IMG/VR virus record: IMGVR_UViG_3300005844_000001 | Coordinates: 1-64,000 of that record | From: a virus | Taxonomy: Duplodnaviria > Caudoviricetes | DNA length: 64,000 bases | Reading direction: 5' to 3' (one strand) | Part shown: positions 54,205 to 63,530 of the stretch, piece by piece | Layout: each line of letters opens with the position of its first letter | Position numbering within the stretch: position 1 is the stretch's first letter | Notes under the pieces: generated by a model | What the model was told of the DNA's origin: nothing | Seen by the model: only the letters and a program-made list of their open reading frames with translations | Database searches by the model: none | Made by a program: the position numbers and the translations under genes

Positions 54205-55279
54205 GGCGATTGTTTACGTAGTCAAGTTCCATCCCATAATTATCTCTCTCGCTCGAAATGGAAAGCCCCGATTTCAGCTTGAGCCGGTTCTTGGCAAAGG
54301 GGCGATAGTTGATGGAGTGTTGCCAGCGTCCCCATTTCTTTTTAATCTCCACCAGATTGCCGTGCTGCTTCTGGAGCGACTTGGCCATCCGCAATCTTCC
54401 ATCGCCCTGGTAAAGCTCGTCCGTATTGCCGCCGGCCATGGTCATCGTCTGCACTTTGTCTATCAGGAACGTATTGAACAAGACCGTGCACAACCCGCCT
54501 TTCAATACCCGTAGAGAGAGGTCTGTGTCTTCGTTATACCTTCCCCTCCACCGATAGGGCAAATCGTTGCGGATAAGGATACAGGAGTAGATGCGCGTGT
54601 TCAAAGTAAACGGATTGATAGACGGGCTCTTTCTTGGGGCAAACATAAAATAATTCATCCCCGCCAGCCCGACGTTAGAGTATCTATCGGCGAAGTCTTC
54701 AGCGGCTCTGAACGTGCTGCCCGAATTTACTTCCACTTTCAAGTTGTCGTTCAGCCGGTAGAACCCTCGGATATTGTCATCGAGAATCCAATGGCGCTCG
54801 TCTCCAGATGCTAGCGAATGTTCCCAAATCCAATTGCGAGCGGGGATAGAGCCTTTCCCCAAATTGGAGAACGGCAGGACCAGAATCTTTTTCCGGTCGA
54901 TTACCTTTGCATACGCTTTGAGCTCCTGTGGCTCGACCACGATATGATAAGGGACTTTGATTCGCTCCAGAGCTCTGGCAGTCAAGCGGGATTCCCAACG
55001 GCCTTTCGAGACGATGTAAATCGGATATCTCGGGTTGATTTGCAACTGGCTGAAATATCGCTTGTCGACATATCGGGTAATCTTCGCTTTGGGGAACCAG
55101 ATGGACCGCGTGCGGTGCGTTACCGTTTGCCCGACCAGCTGGGCAAATCGCTCTTGGTCTTGAGCGCTAGAGAAATGGACGATGACTGACTTGAACGGCA
55201 TCAAGTTGCGTTGCTTGAAATCGGGCATTCCGACCCATTCCCGCTCGCGGTCTTTGGGGATATCCAAGAGAGTTTTCAT
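54197..55279 (-). CDS. TAGT/GREB1-like DNA glycosyltransferase, paralog 1
   Basis: Same motifs; long stretches identical to paralog 2. Confidence 0.82.
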   Translation of the reverse strand: MKTLLDIPKDREREWVGMPDFKQRNLMPFKSVIVHFSSAQDQERFAQLVGQTVTHRTRSIWFPKAKITRYVDKRYFSQLQINPRYPIYIVSKGRWESRLTARALERIKVPYHIVVEPQELKAYAKVIDRKKILVLPFSNLGKGSIPARNWIWEHSLASGDERHWILDDNIRGFYRLNDNLKVEVNSGSTFRAAEDFADRYSNVGLAGMNYFMFAPRKSPSINPFTLNTRIYSCILIRNDLPYRWRGRYNEDTDLSLRVLKGGLCTVLFNTFLIDKVQTMTMAGGNTDELYQGDGRLRMAKSLQKQHGNLVEIKKKWGRWQHSINYRPFAKNRLKLKSGLSISSERDNYGMELDYVNNRHA

Positions 55280-55341
55280 TAGCTGCCGCTATGTTGACAC
55301 TCTTTTGCAATAAAAACAGGTCCTAGCGTGCATTCCTGACG
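55277..55341 (-). repeat. ~65 bp intergenic element, inverted copy of 33641-33704; ends in the TAGT1 start codon
   Basis: Manual alignment, about 47 identical positions in conserved blocks. Confidence 0.8.
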
Positions 55342-55643
55342 ATTCCTGCGTGCTCTAGTTCGGGACAAGATGGTTGTTTTTCTTCCTTCCGCTCAAAATT
55401 TGAATAGTGGCGATTACTGCGCGCGGACGTTGCTTGCGAGCTTTGACGATAGCCACTTTGCGCCGATACCCCTTGACCAGGAAGAGGTCTTCAACCAGAG
55501 TCAAGTAAAGCCGGCCGCGAGAACCGCAAGACCGCGTCGGCTCTGGAATCTTCCGATACCCTAAATACTGTCCGGTCTTCGCGTCAACAAAGTCCTCGAC
55601 GTAGCCCAAGACTTCTTCGGGGTGGGTTTCGGGGTCCAAGAAT

Positions 55644-56024
55644 TTATTCATACTCGTTCCAAACTTTTTTAATTTCCCACAAATCTCTTTGCATAAGCGG
55701 CCCGAGCTTCTTGATTGGCAGACCGTTCTTTTTCCATTCCCGAAGAAACCTTAGCTCGAACGCATTCCAGCGCTCGCCCCTTCGGCTTTCCCGATAGACC
55801 GTCGGCACATAGTCAATCGGTTTATCGTCTCGACGGTCCGTCTGGAATTCCCAAATCCGTCGATGGACTGAAGCAAAGCCGCGCTTCGACTTAAACCCTA
55901 ATTGCCGTTCCGAAGAACTTCCAGCAAAGAGTGGATTCAGTAGCACCTTGTCGGTCTCTTCGTCCGTCCAGTCTTCTTCGGCTTTTTTATTCTTAATAAT
56001 ACTATCAGGCAACAAACCTTTCAT
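55644..56024 (-). CDS. Myb/HTH-repeat-like protein (paralog of 56831..57442)
   Basis: WTDEE...WNAFE; shared Y.P..R.SR.G.R.NA.E...QR...EI. Confidence 0.6.
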   Translation of the reverse strand: MKGLLPDSIIKNKKAEEDWTDEETDKVLLNPLFAGSSSERQLGFKSKRGFASVHRRIWEFQTDRRDDKPIDYVPTVYRESRRGERWNAFELRFLREWKKNGLPIKKLGPLMQRDLWEIKKVWNEYE

Positions 56025-56032
56025 AACTCCTT

Positions 56033-56584
56033 TTAGCCCTGTGCGTCTATTATCTTTCGGGGCTCGACTTCGGCTAAGAAAGTCTCTAGTGGAATCCCGA
56101 CGATAGCTGCCAGCTTCCCTCCGATAATCAAACAGAACAAACCCGAAGGCGGAGGAAATACTGGCATAATCTGGTTCGCATATTTCCAACTCAAGTAAAC
56201 TATAGATACGCGCCGGTCCCGGCGGCAAATAAGCATCCACGTCCGGCTCTTCGCTTGCCGGGCGCTCCGTCGAGCTTGACGCAGCGCCGCCACGAAAGGG
56301 TGAGTTTTATTATCCCCTTTAACGTCGAGCAAATCTCCCAAGCAACCGTGCGAGCGCCCGCGCTTGAGCTCGATAGTAAAGTAGCGGAGCAGTGGCTCGC
56401 CGATAGGGTCCACGGCCGCGATATCTCCGTAGCTGCCATACGTGCGCTGGCCCTTCTTCGCTCGCTGCGTCGCTCGTCCGCCAGATTGACTGGAGCGCCA
56501 GAATACATCGTCACGCTCGTCGCTTGTCCACCACTTGGAAAGCAGCTTGCAAATTTCTCTTTCAAATGCAGAACCTTTAGCCAT
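56033..56584 (-). CDS. Hjc-type Holliday junction resolvase (PD-(D/E)xK)
   Basis: KGSAFERE, GDI, IELKR. Confidence 0.85.
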   Translation of the reverse strand: MAKGSAFEREICKLLSKWWTSDERDDVFWRSSQSGGRATQRAKKGQRTYGSYGDIAAVDPIGEPLLRYFTIELKRGRSHGCLGDLLDVKGDNKTHPFVAALRQARRSARQAKSRTWMLICRRDRRVSIVYLSWKYANQIMPVFPPPSGLFCLIIGGKLAAIVGIPLETFLAEVEPRKIIDAQG

Positions 56585-56834
56585 TAGACTTCGGCAGTTC
56601 GACAAAGCACTTGTCAAATTCCTCGTTCGTTAGAACGATACACGTCCCCTCGCTGACGCATACTATCCAATCCGTCAGCTTGACTTTCGCCCCACTCCGG
56701 TGAGTAAGGTGCTGCCCGCCGCCTAAATCATGGAACGCTCGAAATACCCAAACCGGACGCGGCGAGTCTTTCAGAAACTGCCAGGCAGTTACGTCTTCGT
56801 GCGTCCCGTTGCGCAGCTGGTGAGTGGGTTTCAT
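56577..56834 (-). CDS. Hypothetical protein
   Basis: V.AWQF...DWIV...EEF..CF pattern; coupled ORF. Confidence 0.65.
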   Translation of the reverse strand: MKPTHQLRNGTHEDVTAWQFLKDSPRPVWVFRAFHDLGGGQHLTHRSGAKVKLTDWIVCVSEGTCIVLTNEEFDKCFVELPKSNG

Positions 56835-57442
56835 TTCCGGTAAGGAACTTTTACTTTCTCTGGCGGCTTCCCGTACTCGTCTTCGTATCGCTCGACCAAG
56901 TAAAGCGCCAACGTCTTGATTCGCTTGGGTCCCCAGAAGCCGTCCTTAGTTAACCCGAGCGCCCGGCCACCGCCGCCATACTCAACTTCCTCTTTGAACA
57001 AATCGTCATAAGCTTTGTTGGAAATAATCGGAGTCTTGTAGACGTGGTAAATATAACGGTGCGCCATTACCACGTCGAGCGTCGGAGCGAAGACGGCGAG
57101 CGACTTTGCTTCCGGAATTTGCTTCCAGTCCTCGTTGATTTCCGAGACCGGCCGCTGCAAGAGATTAGCCGTCGCTTCCAGCGGCACTTTGCGCTGCTTG
57201 TGCTCCGCGAGAATCGCGCCTTCTCTGGCGTTGAGCCGCTTCCCCTTCCGACTGGTCCGATGGAACGGCTCGTAGCGGATAGCTAAGTCGCGTTCGTTGC
57301 GCGTCAGCTGCTGGACGCGCAGCTTGATTTCCGCGACGCTCCGCCGCGGCAGAGCGTCAGCGATACTCTTTAGCTCCGCTCCAGACAAGTAGAGATTCCA
57401 GAGCTTGCCAGACTCGCTCTTCTTCCACGGTCCGCCGCTCAT
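56831..57442 (-). CDS. Myb/HTH-repeat protein fused to an NAD-ligase Ia-like motif
   Basis: PWKKSE...PRRS; HRYIYHVYKTPIISNKAYDDL. Confidence 0.6.
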   Translation of the reverse strand: MSGGPWKKSESGKLWNLYLSGAELKSIADALPRRSVAEIKLRVQQLTRNERDLAIRYEPFHRTSRKGKRLNAREGAILAEHKQRKVPLEATANLLQRPVSEINEDWKQIPEAKSLAVFAPTLDVVMAHRYIYHVYKTPIISNKAYDDLFKEEVEYGGGGRALGLTKDGFWGPKRIKTLALYLVERYEDEYGKPPEKVKVPYRK

Positions 57443-57455
57443 AAGCGGCTCCCGG

Positions 57456-57623
57456 TTACTTGATAGCTGGTCCGAACGACTGCCAGCCCAACAAGCCGAG
57501 CAAGATAAAAAGCATGGCGTTGAAGCCGAGCGGCCGATACGTGCCTCCGCCCGAAGGCCAAAAGGCCCACAAGCCGAAGAGCAACCATACTATCATAATC
57601 ACCCAGAACAAAGTTCCCTTTGA
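57456..57623 (-). CDS. Small two-TM membrane protein
   Basis: LFWVIMIVWLLFGLW...LFILLGLLGWQSFG. Confidence 0.7.
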   Translation of the reverse strand, partial: SKGTLFWVIMIVWLLFGLWAFWPSGGGTYRPLGFNAMLFILLGLLGWQSFGPAIK

Positions 57624-58182
57624 CATAGGGGCGGAGAGTAACAAGACGGACTGGAGATAGCAAGTTCATTGTTCGGTCTTCCGCCAGCCTGGCGGAACCG
57701 GGAAAGGGTGCCATTCGGGTTTGCCTTCATACGACTCTTCTAGCTGCCATATCGTCCCGTCGTCGCAGAGCGCCAAGACAAAGTATTTACCGACGGGGTC
57801 AATCGTCATAGAGATTTGAATTACTTTTCTTATAGTAACCCCTTGCCAGTAAAAGATTCATAAGTCTTCACTTTGCGCTCGAGGTCTGCTACTTCAGCTT
57901 TGAGCTGCGTATTTTCTTCCTGCAATGTTATCACGTCCACTACCGTGCCATCGACTAGCGGACGGAAGGAAGCGACGAGCAAGCCGGGTCGTAGCACGTT
58001 GCTAGCCGCGCCGGCGCAGAAGTTGACGCAGCGGACTACCCGCTCCGTATTAGCGCGGGCTTCAATCAAGTTGCGCCCGCGCCCGCCGGCCGTCGAGACG
58101 TAAGCCAGCATCCCTTCTGGCCCGCTGGCGATTTCAGTTCCGGACCCTTCGGGCATTACAAACCATGGCTCTTTCGTATGCG

Positions 58183-59247
58183 TCATATGTATCTCCGCTT
58201 TCTTTCTGGCAGGCATTCATTTTCAATTTGTTTCCAAACCATCTCCGTCAGCTCCACTACTTTTTGCTCCAGCCCCTCTTCCTCGATATGAGCGATAACT
58301 GCACCACGCGAACCGGTAAACAGAATATCCTTTGCGTCAATCTCCTTGTTTTCGTTCTTTTTCCAGTGCTTCTCAGCCACCAGAAAATCGACGCACGAAC
58401 CCACATCGTCAATCCCTAGACCGTAGTAAATCGGTATCTGCACCGCACGGTCTTTGCCCACTTTACCCGTCACCCTATTCTTCTTTACCTCGGCCAGGCA
58501 ACGAGCCCCCACCGTGCGCGGCTTTCCTCTCACCGTTCGCAAAATCTTCCCGACTACGCTCGTCCATATTTCCAAGTTAGCGTAGAAGCGCAACGCCCGG
58601 CCGCCGGCTCTGGTTCGCGTCTCGAACCCGAACTTGAGATTGTCGCGGGTCTGCCCGATAACCAGGAGGATGGATTTGGTCCGCCGCAGCCCCGCGAGGA
58701 CGTGGCGCAAGTTCTCGCTATGGTATTTGGCTTTGCTGTCTCCATACGAACCCTTGGAATCCTCTCCCTCTTCAGCGGCTTTCTTCTGGATGGCAAACTT
58801 CTTAGCCGCCGCCTTAGACGTCAGCGCATCTTGAGAATCGAGGACGTAGATAAACGGCCGGCGAGCTTTAATCAAGTCAGCCATGCGGTAGTAGAAAGAT
58901 TCAATCGTGCTGGACTGGACCCACTTCATCCGCTTGGCCATATCCTTCCCAAAGTAGTGCGCGACATCCATCAAAGCTCCGCCCTCCACGTCGTCGTAAA
59001 TCAGCTCGTAATTCTTGAAAGCTGGCGAGCGACACGCTTCCGCGAAGCAGGACAAGCTTAGCCACGTCTTGCCGGAGACGCTATCCCCGACCAGATAGTA
59101 GTAGGCTCCTTTGAGATACCCGCAATCCGCACGGTCCGTACAAGCTAAATTGAGGAGGGTGCTCCCCGTCGAGAGAGCACCCTCCTTGGACAATACCGAC
59201 TTCTCACGCGGCGCCAGCAATGCTTTCTTGTCCGCCGCAGTATTCAT
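58183..59247 (-). CDS. recA: RecA/UvsX-like recombinase
   Basis: STGS..LN, GDSVSGKT, DVEG, VLDS, GGRALRFYA, VKKNR. Confidence 0.92.
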   Translation of the reverse strand: MNTAADKKALLAPREKSVLSKEGALSTGSTLLNLACTDRADCGYLKGAYYYLVGDSVSGKTWLSLSCFAEACRSPAFKNYELIYDDVEGGALMDVAHYFGKDMAKRMKWVQSSTIESFYYRMADLIKARRPFIYVLDSQDALTSKAAAKKFAIQKKAAEEGEDSKGSYGDSKAKYHSENLRHVLAGLRRTKSILLVIGQTRDNLKFGFETRTRAGGRALRFYANLEIWTSVVGKILRTVRGKPRTVGARCLAEVKKNRVTGKVGKDRAVQIPIYYGLGIDDVGSCVDFLVAEKHWKKNENKEIDAKDILFTGSRGAVIAHIEEEGLEQKVVELTEMVWKQIENECLPERKRRYI

Positions 59248-60494
59248 TACTTCTTCTTTTTCTTCGGCGCGGGCTCTTCGTCCCAATCGTCTTCGTCGTC
59301 TTCTTCTTCCTCATCTTCGTCTTTAGCCGGCTTCTTTTTCTTGGGCGTAAGCTCTTCGTCTTCTTCGTCGTCTACTGCTGCCGGTTTCTTTTTCTTAGGA
59401 GCCGCTTCTTCTTCTTCATCTTCCTCGTCATCCTCGTTAGCGTCCCAGCCCTTGTCATCTTTTTGGGAAGCAAAGCGATTTTTCTTTTTAGGTCTGGATT
59501 CATCTTCGTCTTCGTCGTCGGTATCTTCTTCCTCTTCGTCCTCGTCCTCGTCGTCCTCTATCGGCTTCTTCTTTTTCTTGGGAGCTTCGTCTTCTTCGTC
59601 GTCGTCTACCGGTTTCTTTTTCTTAGGCGTAGGCTCTTCGTCTTCTTCCCAATCGTCCTCGTCCTCTTCCTCTTCCTCGTCTTCCGGCTCAGCAGCCTTG
59701 CGCTTTTTCTTAGGCAGAGTTTCCGTAGTATCTTCTTCCTCGTCTTCTTCTTCGTCCTCTTCATCTTCAGCCGTCTGGAGAAGGACTTTCTTCAAGTCGT
59801 CGTAGGGTTCTTGAACCAGCAACTTGTCCAGGCAGTGAGTCTCTTCCAGAATCTCGTCATCGTATTGCTCCTTGCGCGGCTTGAAATCGATGGTCTCTGC
59901 TTCGACAAACGAATTGCCGGCAAAAGACTTCTCAGTAAAACCGACCTTCAACGTGAACCCATCCTCCAGGAAAAAGAACTTCTCCCAGCCATCGTCTTCG
60001 TCTGAGTCGCGTATCCGCAAGTCCAGCAACCTTCCGAACAAGTGGTAAGAGATATCCCACAACTGAACTCCCTTGTCCGGCTCTTTGAGATTGATGACGT
60101 TGAAGAGCTGGCGCTGCTTCGGAGACAGGTCCTTCGCTGCCGCTTCTTTGTCTTCGTCGCCGTCGGCCGACTTGAGCAAGCTCAGCCGGTGCTCACAGAC
60201 GGGGCAGCGCCCCTTGCTGGACATCCGCGCGCACAAGTAGGAATCTTCATTCGCTCCGATGCCGCGATGGGAGTAATACGTCCGCTCATAATGGAGGTTG
60301 CCGGGTTCCGCCCACGGGTTGCCTTTGCCGACGATATACGGGATAATATCCAGCAACATCACTCCAGCTTTCGCTTTGAATAGCGTGACCTTATCTGGCA
60401 ACTTCAGGTAAGGAGCGGAGTAACCCGTCGACTGCTTGTCAGCTCGCTCTCGGGCCGACGTGTATCTGCGTTCTGATTTATTTGACCTACTCAT
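59247..60494 (-). CDS. gp32-like single-strand DNA-binding protein with long acidic/basic tail
   Basis: H...YLC...CPVCE Zn site; ~175 aa D/E tail with PKKKK repeats. Confidence 0.82.
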   Translation of the reverse strand: MSRSNKSERRYTSARERADKQSTGYSAPYLKLPDKVTLFKAKAGVMLLDIIPYIVGKGNPWAEPGNLHYERTYYSHRGIGANEDSYLCARMSSKGRCPVCEHRLSLLKSADGDEDKEAAAKDLSPKQRQLFNVINLKEPDKGVQLWDISYHLFGRLLDLRIRDSDEDDGWEKFFFLEDGFTLKVGFTEKSFAGNSFVEAETIDFKPRKEQYDDEILEETHCLDKLLVQEPYDDLKKVLLQTAEDEEDEEEDEEEDTTETLPKKKRKAAEPEDEEEEEDEDDWEEDEEPTPKKKKPVDDDEEDEAPKKKKKPIEDDEDEDEEEEDTDDEDEDESRPKKKNRFASQKDDKGWDANEDDEEDEEEEAAPKKKKPAAVDDEEDEELTPKKKKPAKDEDEEEEDDEDDWDEEPAPKKKKK

Positions 60495-60642
60495 TGTTTC
60501 TCTCTTTCATTTTTTTGGTTTTGCTCATCGCGCCTCTTGGCCCGAAAATATCCAGATGCTCCGAACTTGACTACCATATAAGCTAGAACCGGCAACACGA
60601 TGCAAGCCAGACCGCCGTAGAGCAGGATGGTAAGCAAGCTCA

Positions 60643-61113
60643 TCAGTCAGTATGGCGGCGCACTTTGCGTTGCGTCATCTGCTCGACTGCTTCCCGGCCG
60701 CGCTCGGAAACTTTGGGGCTGGAGAAGTAGCCCATTCCGTGCAGCTCGACCAGCAGAGTCAAAGTCCGCTTCTTCGTCTCCAGCGCCCAGACCACTGCCT
60801 GACTCAAGTCAGATTGATAGCGAGCTTCGCGGACCTTCTTAGAAGCAGCCTTGAAAGTTTCCCGAGTCTCGATGGCCGCCTTGACTGCCGCTTCGGTAAT
60901 CTTTTCGATACCGTAGACTTCCGGGTTGACCCGAATCTTCTTAGCCAGCTCGGCTTCGACTACATCCAGCTCTGCTTCCGCTTCCGCCACGTCCCGCTTA
61001 GCGTCGGCTGCCTGGTGGGCATACTTGAGATACTGAGACGGCAGCCGAATACATTCCCGGTCCAGATTATGCTCGTCAATCTGGACCACTGACTCCGTAT
61101 TGTTTTCGCTCAT
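60643..61113 (-). CDS. UvsY-like recombination mediator
   Basis: IDEHNLD.E, KITEAAV, ALE.KK..L; adjacent to SSB and RecA. Confidence 0.7.
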   Translation of the reverse strand: MSENNTESVVQIDEHNLDRECIRLPSQYLKYAHQAADAKRDVAEAEAELDVVEAELAKKIRVNPEVYGIEKITEAAVKAAIETRETFKAASKKVREARYQSDLSQAVVWALETKKRTLTLLVELHGMGYFSSPKVSERGREAVEQMTQRKVRRHTD

Positions 61114-61124
61114 AGTTGTATTAT

Positions 61125-62051
61125 CTACTTCATACAGACTACTTCGTAACAAGCCGCCGCCAGTCCAGCCTGTTTCGAGTCGTAAAAGTTCTTGGAAAAG
61201 ATATCAATAATCTTGAAAGCTCGCGGAGCCAGTTGCTGGTTCGCCAGCAACACTGAGCGAGCGTAGCCCAATACAAGGTAGCGAAGTCCTTCGGGGTCTT
61301 CGTCCTTCAAGTCTTTGAGCAGCGTTGCCACCGGAGCCCATTGCGCCCGGGGGTTGATTAGTCCACGAGCCAAGTCTATCGCCGCCGACTTGTTGACAGA
61401 GCTCGCTTGCACTCCGCGCATCTGCTCAGCGTCTCCTTCCAGACCAGCTACCTGCCCCAATACCACCAGCGCTTTGCGAGCGGAGCCCTCCGCGCACTCG
61501 ACAATCCCCTGAATTACGTCTTCCGATACCGCAAGCTTCTCCGCGGCTACCACGTCTTCCAGAAGCCCTTTCAGTAATTTGTCCGCTAGAGCAACCAGGC
61601 GGACTTCCGTGCAGCGCGTATGGATAGCTTTGATAAGCTTGGACGAGTCCGTCGTCAGCAGCATGAAGTAGACGTGGCTCGGAGTATCTTCCAGCATCTT
61701 GAGCACCGCGTTCTGCGCGTCGTTCGTCAGCTTGTGCGCTTCGTCGAGCACCCAAATCCGGCAAGCGCCTTCCAGTGGGCAGAGATTCATTCGCTGGCGG
61801 ATAAGGCGGATTGAATCTACTCCGCGGTCATCGCTAGAATTCACTTCGGTAAAGTCAGTTCCGCTGCAGTCCAGAGCTCGCCGCAAGATTCGAGCGATGG
61901 TTGTCTTGCCGCAGCCAGAAGGTCCAGACAGCAAGAGAGCATGCGGAAGTCCCTTGTCCAGTTGCTTCTGGAGCGAAGCGATAGCTACTTCCTGCCCGAT
62001 TACTTTGTCCAGCGTACGCGGACGATAGCGTTTATACAACTCGACGGCCAT
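61125..62051 (-). CDS. dnaX: Clamp-loader AAA+ subunit (DnaX gamma/tau-like)
   Basis: YRP...VIGQ, GPSGCGKTT, LDEAH, AQNAVLKMLE, TRC. Confidence 0.92.
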   Translation of the reverse strand: MAVELYKRYRPRTLDKVIGQEVAIASLQKQLDKGLPHALLLSGPSGCGKTTIARILRRALDCSGTDFTEVNSSDDRGVDSIRLIRQRMNLCPLEGACRIWVLDEAHKLTNDAQNAVLKMLEDTPSHVYFMLLTTDSSKLIKAIHTRCTEVRLVALADKLLKGLLEDVVAAEKLAVSEDVIQGIVECAEGSARKALVVLGQVAGLEGDAEQMRGVQASSVNKSAAIDLARGLINPRAQWAPVATLLKDLKDEDPEGLRYLVLGYARSVLLANQQLAPRAFKIIDIFSKNFYDSKQAGLAAACYEVVCMK

Positions 62052-62064
62052 AATTTCCTTTCTA

Positions 62065-63528
62065 TTATCTAAGTCTTTTTCCTGGCTTAGTATATCCTCT
62101 TGCAATTCCTTTTTCAGCAGCCCCATCGTTATCTTTGGGACCAATACCCTCTTCTTTTTGATACCAGTTGCCGCCCGGCGGAGCTACTGCATATTCGATT
62201 TGCGGCGGCACAACGAGGAACGGGTAGTGCTTTGGCAGTCCGACTGATACTACGTGGTCGACAATCTTCATATACTTTTTCAACTCGGTTGTCTTTACGT
62301 CGCCGACCAAGCTATCGTGGATTTGCCCTACAATCATACTTTCCATCCCGCGCTTCCGCAAGATTCGATTTACTTTAATCAACGTCCACAATAGACAGTG
62401 GAACGCCGAGCCCTGAATCGGGTAGTTGCAGACCTGCTTCCGGTTGAATACTCCCGGCACACGGAAGCCAGTTAGCAAGTCGAAGTAGCCGTTTTCCAAA
62501 TACTTTTTATACCAGACCCGGCGCCACTCTCCATACTTTTGAAAGCGTCGATTCCAAAAGTCATTCTCCACGTCCCGGACGTGCTTCTCAAACGTACCTT
62601 CTATCGGGTCAATTTCGGGGTCGCACTCGCCGAGCGTTACAATCCCCTTGCGCTTGAGATGCGCGTAAAGCGACTCCCCTTCGGGCGTCGTCAACTTCCC
62701 GCGCCCAATCCACTCCCAAAGCGAGCGAGCGCAGCTTACGTAGAAGTCTCCGTAGAACTGCGGGAACACAAACATATTCTTGGCTCCGTAGCGAGCTTCT
62801 TTACTAACTTCCGCCGGCTTGAGCTTGTAGAGTTGAGCTGCCATATCCCGATGCATATCTTTTCCCGGCGTGGAAATATACTCGATGAACACGGGGTCTT
62901 TGTGGTAAGCAGCAGACAGCGCTACTTCAATCCCTTTGAAGTCATTCTCAACTATCTGATGGCCCTCCGACGCAATAAACAGCGAGCGGATGATTTTGCT
63001 AATCTCTTCATCGCGGACGGGGAAGTTCTGGAAGTTGGGAGAGTCGGAGCTGGAGCGGAACGAGCGAGCGAGATGGAGATTGTAGCTCGGGTGGATACGG
63101 TCTCCGACAATCTCCCGCTCGATGCCTTTGATAAACGTGCCGAGCGCCTTCTCATACTTGAGGAACTTCGCCATCTTTTTCACAAAGGGGTGGTCGACTT
63201 TCTGAAGAGCTTCCGCGTCGGTCGACGGCGCTCCGCTCTCCGTCTCCGTGTGGACTTTGAAGCCCATAATTTCAAAGAGCACGGTCCCCAACTGGCTATG
63301 CGAAGTAAAGTTTGCCTTAGCGCCGAATCGCTTGCGCCACATCGCCCACACTTTGTCTTGCTCCATCTCCGTTTTAAGCGTGCGGATTCTTTCGGCCAGC
63401 TTCGCTTTCGTGCGCTCCAGCCGAGCCAAGTCAATCCGAATTCCATTCGCTTCGACGCGAGCGAGCTCAATCAGCCCGTCGTGGAACAGCTGGTAGCCTT
63501 GCTGGCGGATAGCGTGAATCTTTTTCAT
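62065..63528 (-). CDS. polA: Family A DNA polymerase, polymerase domain only
   Basis: PNFQNFP, motif A DFKGIE, motif B RYGAK..F...YG, NYPIQG, motif C IHDS. Confidence 0.93.
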   Translation of the reverse strand: MKKIHAIRQQGYQLFHDGLIELARVEANGIRIDLARLERTKAKLAERIRTLKTEMEQDKVWAMWRKRFGAKANFTSHSQLGTVLFEIMGFKVHTETESGAPSTDAEALQKVDHPFVKKMAKFLKYEKALGTFIKGIEREIVGDRIHPSYNLHLARSFRSSSDSPNFQNFPVRDEEISKIIRSLFIASEGHQIVENDFKGIEVALSAAYHKDPVFIEYISTPGKDMHRDMAAQLYKLKPAEVSKEARYGAKNMFVFPQFYGDFYVSCARSLWEWIGRGKLTTPEGESLYAHLKRKGIVTLGECDPEIDPIEGTFEKHVRDVENDFWNRRFQKYGEWRRVWYKKYLENGYFDLLTGFRVPGVFNRKQVCNYPIQGSAFHCLLWTLIKVNRILRKRGMESMIVGQIHDSLVGDVKTTELKKYMKIVDHVVSVGLPKHYPFLVVPPQIEYAVAPPGGNWYQKEEGIGPKDNDGAAEKGIARGYTKPGKRLR

Positions 63529-63530
63529 TT

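Noticed and set aside
53149-55279. Diversity-generating retroelement template/variable repeat pair
   Set aside because: Whole-gene paralogy with differences not confined to adenines, and no reverse transcriptase
33641-55341. Active invertible segment
   Set aside because: Copies are only block-wise similar, no invertase is in the window, and inversion would split the co-oriented late operon; kept only as an unknown element
57679-57697. Hairpin TTCCGCCAG-C-CTGGCGGAA as tRNA/ncRNA or terminator
   Set aside because: It lies inside a probable small CDS, has a minimal loop, and shows no cloverleaf or U-tract; no tRNA was recognised anywhere in the window
59220-60005. Hydrophobic Phe/Leu-rich and Ser-rich plus-strand ORFs
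   Set aside because: Antisense shadows of the low-complexity SSB tail
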